DNA of 64,000 bases from the NCBI GenBank assembly GCA_902799765.1, contig CADCBZ010000002.1:39967-103966 (forward strand), written 5' to 3'. Every line of letters begins with the position of its first letter. The stretch's first letter is position 1. This document shows positions 58,722-64,000 of the stretch, piece after piece. The notes below the pieces were generated by a model, which saw nothing but the letters and a program-made list of their open reading frames with translations, did no database searches and was not told the DNA's origin. The DNA comes from an uncultured Prevotellaceae bacterium. Lineage in GTDB: Bacteria; Bacteroidota; Bacteroidia; Bacteroidales; Bacteroidaceae. The position numbers and the translations under genes were made by a program.

Positions 58722-60722
58722 GTGGAAAGCGTGCGTATCAAAAACTTCCTTTTAGCTGGCATGGCGTTGCTCATGCCAGTTATAAGTGTTTCTGCACAGT
58801 CTTTCCGCGACTCTGTGGAGTTGGAACCCATCGTGGTGACGGCTTCACATACGCCTAAGGCGTTGAAGGATGCTCCTGTGGTGACACGTCTGATTACACG
58901 CCATGACATCAAGATCACGGATGCAACTAATATTCAGGAGCTGTTGACACAGGAAATTCCTGGTTTGGAGTTCGGCTTTGCCATGAGTCAGGAGACCGCA
59001 CTCCACATGAGCGGCTTCGGTGGTAATGCTGTCCTCTTCCTGGTGGACGGCGAACGCCTGTCGGGTGAGACGATGGACAACACTGACTATAACCGCCTGA
59101 ACCTCGACCATGTAGGACGTGTCGAGATTGTGAAAGGGGCATCGTCGGCCCTCTATGGCTCCAATGCCGTCGGTGGGGTGGTCAACATCATCAGTCAGGA
59201 GAATCTGGCTCCTTGGGCGGTCAATGTAAATTCCCGTTACAACACCTTCGGGCATGAATGGCGTAACGGCGCCAGCTTTTCATTCAACACGGCGAAATGG
59301 AACTCACAGACGAGTTTCCAACATACCAAGATCGACCCTATCGATCTGCCGAAACGCTACTCTCCTGAAGAAATTGTCGCAGAACTGATGAAGAAGGCAC
59401 AGGGTCTGCCTTATAACGAGGATGTGTTGAATGATGATTCCAACATCAGTCGTCTTTACGGTCAGAAGACTTACAATGTCAAAGAGCGCCTGATCTGGCG
59501 CGCTACAGACCAGTTGACCCTGACAGGTCGGGGCGGCTATTTCTTCCGTACCAGTGAGCGCGACACATACAACTACCATTTCAATGCCTATAGTGCCGGT
59601 CTGAAGGGCAGGTATTCTTGGGATCAGGGGCGTCATCTCGAACTGTCGTATGCCTACGACCAGTACGACAAGGCGAACTTTACGCCTGACGGCACCCGTA
59701 CCCATGACCATGACTACAGCAACCGGCAACATGTGGGGCATGCGCTCTACAACCATGCGTTTGGCAAGAACACCCTGATTGTCGGTGCCGACTATATGCA
59801 CGATTATCTTACGACCTATCAGTTTGAGGATAATGCGAGTCATTCTCAGAACAATATCGACGGTTATGCCCAGTTCGACTGGAACATCACGGACCAGTTG
59901 AATCTCGTGGGAAGTGTACGCTATGATTATTTCTCCGCTTCTTCTAACCAGGCATTTACCGGACGACTTGCCGTTGTCTATAAATTCCCTTGGATGACCT
60001 TCCGTGCCAACTACGCCAGTGGCTTCCGTGCGCCTACGCTCAAGGAGATGTATATGTACTTCGACATGGGTAATATGGGCTATATGATTCTCGGTAATCC
60101 CGACTTGGAACCAGAGCGGAGTCATAACTTCAATCTCGCCATCGAACGGACGAACCGCATCCGGAACAGTGGCTTCCTCGACGGACGCTATAACTTCACC
60201 TTGATGGGTTATTGCAATATCTTCGACAAACGTATCACCACCATCGATGGACCTGAGATCCATGGGATGGAAAGTGCGATCTACTGGAACGAAGACGGTG
60301 TGACGGTCTGGGGTATTGATGCCAGCATCGGTCACATCTGGGATTGCGGGTTGTCGATTCGCTTTAACTACTCCTGGATGAAGGAGACGGGGCACGTGTA
60401 TTACTCGGACTTCAACCAGCCCCGTAATCACTCCATGACTTGGCGACTCGGCTATGAGCATCGTTTCTCACGCTACTATGCCCTGGATGCAGCACTATCG
60501 GGTCGTAACCAAGGCAAGCCACAGTCAGGTCGTACGGATGTAGATCAGGGTTATACCATATGGAAGCTGATGCTCCAGCACCATTTCTGGAAAGGAATCA
60601 CGCTCAACACCGCTATCGACAACCTCTTCAATTATAAGCCCAACGGTTATTATTATAATTCGCCGCTGACGACTGGAACCTCCTTCAGCGTCGGTTTGTC
60701 GATTGACGTCAATCAATTATAA
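58722..60722 (+). CDS. TonB-dependent outer-membrane receptor (no SusD partner)
   Basis: 666 aa with a GTG start directly after the upstream stop. It has a signal peptide, a plug region (EPIVVTAS...DAPVVTRLITRHDI...VEIVKGASSALYGSNAVGGVVNII) and a C-terminal barrel. Confidence 0.87.
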   Translation: MESVRIKNFLLAGMALLMPVISVSAQSFRDSVELEPIVVTASHTPKALKDAPVVTRLITRHDIKITDATNIQELLTQEIPGLEFGFAMSQETALHMSGFGGNAVLFLVDGERLSGETMDNTDYNRLNLDHVGRVEIVKGASSALYGSNAVGGVVNIISQENLAPWAVNVNSRYNTFGHEWRNGASFSFNTAKWNSQTSFQHTKIDPIDLPKRYSPEEIVAELMKKAQGLPYNEDVLNDDSNISRLYGQKTYNVKERLIWRATDQLTLTGRGGYFFRTSERDTYNYHFNAYSAGLKGRYSWDQGRHLELSYAYDQYDKANFTPDGTRTHDHDYSNRQHVGHALYNHAFGKNTLIVGADYMHDYLTTYQFEDNASHSQNNIDGYAQFDWNITDQLNLVGSVRYDYFSASSNQAFTGRLAVVYKFPWMTFRANYASGFRAPTLKEMYMYFDMGNMGYMILGNPDLEPERSHNFNLAIERTNRIRNSGFLDGRYNFTLMGYCNIFDKRITTIDGPEIHGMESAIYWNEDGVTVWGIDASIGHIWDCGLSIRFNYSWMKETGHVYYSDFNQPRNHSMTWRLGYEHRFSRYYALDAALSGRNQGKPQSGRTDVDQGYTIWKLMLQHHFWKGITLNTAIDNLFNYKPNGYYYNSPLTTGTSFSVGLSIDVNQL

Positions 60723-60759
60723 ACAATAATCCCTCGCAGCTGCGAGGGATTATTTGTTT
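60721..60759. terminator. Bidirectional rho-independent terminator
   Basis: Near-perfect palindrome aaacaataatccctcgcag/ctgcgagggattatttgttt between the convergent receptor and GH94 genes. Confidence 0.8.
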
Positions 60760-63227
60760 TACATCGTTACCTCTACGACGTGCTTGCCAGCAGAGTAGGG
60801 GATGACTGTGCCCTCAACAGGCTTGCCATCGAGCGTGATGCTCTTCACACCCTTCTGAGCGCCATTCGGATGGATGGTGATCTCATACTCTGCGTCACGG
60901 AACTTACGGTTCACGGTGTAGTCGTTAGCCGTCTCAGGCAGACATGGATCAATACGGATACCATCGTAGTCGGGTTTGATACCGAGGATGAACTCAGATA
61001 CCGTGTACCACATCCAGGCAGCTGTACCTGTGAGCCAGGAGTTCTTACCCTCACCAGGCTTGAAGGCATCCTTACCAGCCACCATCTGACAGTTCACATA
61101 AGGCTCTACTTTATGCAGGGTCTGGTATTTCTCCTCGACATAACTCGGCAGGATCTTCGCATAGTGTGCCCAGGCATCATTACCACGACCAGCCAGGGTC
61201 TCACCGATGATCACCCACGGGTTGTTGTGACAGAAGATACCGGCGTTCTCCTTATAGCCCTCGGGATAAGAGGAGATCTCACCATACTCATAGATATACT
61301 TTGAGAAAGCGGGATTGTTGAGTACCATACCATGCTCACACTCGAGGTACTTCTTACAAGAGTCGAGACTCTTAGCCACCATACCGTCCTCAGCACCGAT
61401 CTCAGCCATCGTACACCAGCCCTGTGACTCGATGAAGATCTTAGCCTCGTCGTTCTCGTTGGAACCGATCTTACGGCCGTAGAAGTCATAGGCACGGAGG
61501 TACCATTCACCATCCCAACCGTCCTTCTTCACGGCAGCGATCATGGCATCGACAGCCTTCTGCATACGGGCTGCCTCCGTTGTGTATGTGGCGATGGCAT
61601 CGCCACATGCTCGACTGGCTAACGCATGACAGAGGGCGACATAATCCTTACCTGTCACGACAAACAGACCGGCGATCATCAACGACTCAGCCTTTGTGCC
61701 TTCAGAGACGTTCTCAGTCGTCTGGAAACTCTCGTTGGGATCCCATGAGAAGCAGTTCAGGTTCAGACAGTCGTTCCAGTCGGCACGACCGATCAACGGC
61801 AACAGGTGAGGACCAAGGTTCTCAATCACGTGATTCATTGAGATCTTCAAGTGTTCGAAGAGCGTCACCTCTGTACCAGGCTGGTTGTCGAAGGGCACCA
61901 TCTCATCGAGGATCGAGAAGTCGCCCGTCTCCTTGATGTAAGCCACCGTACCGAAGATGAGCCAGCAGGGATCGTCGTTGAAGCCACCGCCGATGTCGTT
62001 GTTACCGCGCTTCGTGAGAGGCTGATACTGGTGGTAGCAACCGCCGTCGGGGAACTGTGTCGAAGCGATGTCGATGATACGCTGACGGGCACGTGGCGGA
62101 ATCTGATGCACGAAGCCCACGAGGTCCTGATTACTGTCACGGAAGCCCATGCCACGACCCACACCACTCTCGAAGAACGAAGCCGAACGCGAGAAGTTGA
62201 AGGTGACCATACACTGGTACTGGTTCCAGATGTTCACCATGCGGTCGAGTTTGTCGTTGCCAGTCTTCACCTTGTAGATATTCAGGAGGTTGTCCCAGAG
62301 GGCGCAGAGCTCTGCAAACGCCTTGTCCACCTTCTCAGTGGTGTCGAGTTCAGCGATGAGGGCATGTGCCTTCTTCTTGTTGATCACCTGTGGTGCCTCG
62401 AATTTCTCGTCCTGTTCATTCTCGATGTAACCGAGCAGGAAGACGAAGTCCTTGCTTTCACCTGGCTTCAGGGTTACCTCGATATAATGAGAGGCAATGG
62501 GGCTCCAGCCATGCGCATGACTGTTACGGGGCTTGCCCTCCATCACTGCCTGCGGATCGGCAAACGCGTTGTATAGGCCTACGAAGGTCTCACGGTCGGT
62601 ATCAAAGCCCTGAATGGGAGCGTTGACATGATAGAAAGCGTAGTGATTACGACGCTCACGATACTCGGTCTTGTGATAAATCGTAGAACCCTCGATCTCG
62701 ACTTCACCTGTCGAGAAGTTACGCTGGAAATTCTCCATATCGGTAGCGGCATTCCAGAGACACCACTCCTCGAAAGAGAAGAGCTTCAGTGACTTCGTTT
62801 CGCTGGATTCGTTCTTCAGGGTGAGTTTCTGCACCTCGCACCATTTCTTCAGAGGTACGAAGAAGAGCACTGAGGCCTCCACGCCGTTCTTCTTACCAGT
62901 GATACGGGTGTAGCTCATACCATGACGGCACTCGTAGAAGTCGAGCGGCGTCTTACAGGGTTTCCACCCTGGGTTCCACACGGTCTCACCATCCTTGATA
63001 TAGAAGTAGCGGCCACCGTTGTCCATCGGTACGTTGTTGTAGCGATAGCGGGTGATACGACGGAACTTCGCATCCTTATAGAAGCTGTAACCGCCGGCGG
63101 TGTTGGAAATCAGAGAGAAGAAATCCTCGTTGCCCAGATAGTTGATCCAGGGCCAAGGGGTCTGCGGGTCTGTGATGACATACTCGCGATGTTGGTCGTC
63201 GAAATGACCGTAACGTTTCTGTTCCAT
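60759..63227 (-). CDS. GH94 glycoside phosphorylase (cellobiose/cellodextrin/chitobiose phosphorylase family)
   Basis: 822 aa from the internal Met ([32 protein letters not shown]...[13 protein letters not shown]). It closely parallels the cellobiose phosphorylase N-terminus as I recall it. Substrate specificity cannot be assigned. Confidence 0.9.
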   Translation of the reverse strand: MEQKRYGHFDDQHREYVITDPQTPWPWINYLGNEDFFSLISNTAGGYSFYKDAKFRRITRYRYNNVPMDNGGRYFYIKDGETVWNPGWKPCKTPLDFYECRHGMSYTRITGKKNGVEASVLFFVPLKKWCEVQKLTLKNESSETKSLKLFSFEEWCLWNAATDMENFQRNFSTGEVEIEGSTIYHKTEYRERRNHYAFYHVNAPIQGFDTDRETFVGLYNAFADPQAVMEGKPRNSHAHGWSPIASHYIEVTLKPGESKDFVFLLGYIENEQDEKFEAPQVINKKKAHALIAELDTTEKVDKAFAELCALWDNLLNIYKVKTGNDKLDRMVNIWNQYQCMVTFNFSRSASFFESGVGRGMGFRDSNQDLVGFVHQIPPRARQRIIDIASTQFPDGGCYHQYQPLTKRGNNDIGGGFNDDPCWLIFGTVAYIKETGDFSILDEMVPFDNQPGTEVTLFEHLKISMNHVIENLGPHLLPLIGRADWNDCLNLNCFSWDPNESFQTTENVSEGTKAESLMIAGLFVVTGKDYVALCHALASRACGDAIATYTTEAARMQKAVDAMIAAVKKDGWDGEWYLRAYDFYGRKIGSNENDEAKIFIESQGWCTMAEIGAEDGMVAKSLDSCKKYLECEHGMVLNNPAFSKYIYEYGEISSYPEGYKENAGIFCHNNPWVIIGETLAGRGNDAWAHYAKILPSYVEEKYQTLHKVEPYVNCQMVAGKDAFKPGEGKNSWLTGTAAWMWYTVSEFILGIKPDYDGIRIDPCLPETANDYTVNRKFRDAEYEITIHPNGAQKGVKSITLDGKPVEGTVIPYSAGKHVVEVTM

Positions 63228-63256
63228 AAATGTTTCAGTTAGATGTAAATTTCTGG

Positions 63257-63264
63257 CAAAGATA
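63257..63264 (-). promoter_or_regulatory. -7 promoter box TATCTTTG for the GH94 gene
   Basis: Minus-strand TATCTTTG lies about 30 nt upstream of the ATG at 63225-63227, inside the extension shown in the ORF track. Confidence 0.45.
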
Positions 63265-63324
63265 CAAAATCTTTTGGATATATATCGCATTTTATGGAAG
63301 AAAAAGTAAGTTTTGGGTTGTTTT

Positions 63325-63356
63325 TTTGGATAATTGACAGAAAAGGATTACTTTTG
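63325..63356 (+). promoter_or_regulatory. Promoter module (TTTG element plus TACTTTTG -7 box) for fabG
   Basis: tttggataattgacagaaaaggattacttttg ends 36 nt before the ATG at 63392. It matches the frr module at 25 of 32 positions. Confidence 0.5.
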
Positions 63357-63391
63357 CACATTATTTTATAATCAAGTAGAGAGAAAACGTA

Positions 63392-64000
63392 ATGAAGTAC
63401 GCATTAGTGACGGGTGCATCCCGAGGTATAGGAAAGGCTGTAGCCCTGCGCCTTGCTGCTGCAGGTTGGCCTGTCGTGATTAATTTCCTGAGTAACAAAG
63501 CGGCTGCCCAGGAGGTGGCTGACGAGATTGCTGCCAACGGCGGCACAGCAGAGCTGTTGCCCTTCGACACCAGTGATCCCAAGGCTATTGAAGCAGCTCT
63601 GACACAGTGGGAGGAAGCTCATCCTGAGGACTGGTTCGGTTGTTTGGTGAACAATGCCGGTATCCGTCGTGACAACGTGCTGTTCATGATGTCGGATGAA
63701 GACTGGCACCGTGTGCTCGACACAACCTTGAACGGCTATTTCTATATCACCCGTCATCTGCTGAAGCACATGATGCCGCGTAAACGTGGCGGTCGTATCA
63801 TCAATATGGCTTCGCTCTCAGGCGTGAAGGGCCTGCCCGGACAGGCTAACTACAGTGCTGCGAAGGCTGCCATCATCGGTGCCACGAAGTCACTGGCCCA
63901 GGAGGTAGGTCCCCGTAACATCACCGTGAATGCCATTGCACCGGGATTCATTGAGACCGACATGACGAAGGATCTGCCTGTGGATGACCTGAAGAAGATG
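63392..64000 (+). CDS. fabG: 3-oxoacyl-[ACP] reductase (SDR), partial; runs off the right edge
   Basis: My translation gives MKYALVTGASRGIGKAVALRLAAAGW...NNAGI...YSAAKAAIIG...PGFIETDM, open to position 64000. The ORF track omits it because no stop lies in the window. Confidence 0.9.
   Translation, partial: MKYALVTGASRGIGKAVALRLAAAGWPVVINFLSNKAAAQEVADEIAANGGTAELLPFDTSDPKAIEAALTQWEEAHPEDWFGCLVNNAGIRRDNVLFMMSDEDWHRVLDTTLNGYFYITRHLLKHMMPRKRGGRIINMASLSGVKGLPGQANYSAAKAAIIGATKSLAQEVGPRNITVNAIAPGFIETDMTKDLPVDDLKKM

Noticed and set aside
1-64000. CRISPR arrays, tRNA, rRNA or tmRNA genes, and obvious defence or toxin-antitoxin modules
   Set aside because: Scanning the intergenic regions by eye showed no regularly spaced direct repeats beyond the three 10-mers at 43143-43172 and the GGTAAAAAG runs. 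I saw no cloverleaf-like GTTCGAATC-type T-arm sequences. No nuclease, ATPase or small-ORF pairs suggested known defence systems. A proper tRNAscan or CRISPR search was not possible.

Overview
This is a chromosomal segment from a Bacteroidota genome, probably Prevotella or Segatella. The evidence is TAnnTTTG -7 promoter boxes upstream of many genes, a T9SS C-terminal sorting domain, and Prevotella-like housekeeping proteins. All protein calls rest on motif recognition by eye; no database search was run. Left to right:
(1) Right end of an integrated element, 1-888: a partial tyrosine integrase and a zinc-ribbon/HTH excisionase-like gene, abutting the dnaK terminator.
(2) Housekeeping genes: dnaK, a secreted hypothetical, recA, carboxynorspermidine dehydrogenase-like, nhaD.
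(3) A 411-bp nested inverted-repeat foldback element, 9088-9498.
(4) An operon of four sensor histidine kinase paralogs, 9.5-19.3 kb. They alternate between canonical and His-less H-boxes, and the window contains no response regulator. This is my best candidate for an undescribed system.
(5) frr, rsgA, an outer-membrane-like hypothetical, mnmA.
(6) A Wzx/Wzy-type surface polysaccharide locus of about 16 kb, 23.2-39.4 kb, with a visibly AT-rich variable core. It includes a TagD::Gfo/Idh/MocA fusion, a class V aminotransferase, a GNAT and two LicD genes. I interpret these as a possible CDP-glycerol-derived amino-polyol phosphate decoration pathway.
(7) A RayT/IS200-like HUH gene with the predicted catalytic Tyr replaced by His. 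It sits between the glycan locus and a small orphan ORF plus a wecA-like initiating transferase.
(8) nagB, hflX, a DUF4954-like protein, an M16 peptidase, class I fumarase, an M6 protease with a T9SS CTD, an orphan Mfa2-like lipoprotein, clpB.
(9) An M28-PDZ peptidase, a membrane protein, a lipocalin-like lipoprotein and a TonB-dependent receptor in one cluster.
(10) A GH94 phosphorylase and partial fabG.
No rRNA, tRNA or CRISPR array was seen by eye. Small-scale signals also reported: a recurring GGTAAAAAG leader repeat, paired palindromes upstream of clpB, a 12-bp inverted repeat upstream of dnaK, three tandem 10-bp repeats upstream of nagB, and a near-identical 32-nt promoter module upstream of frr and fabG.
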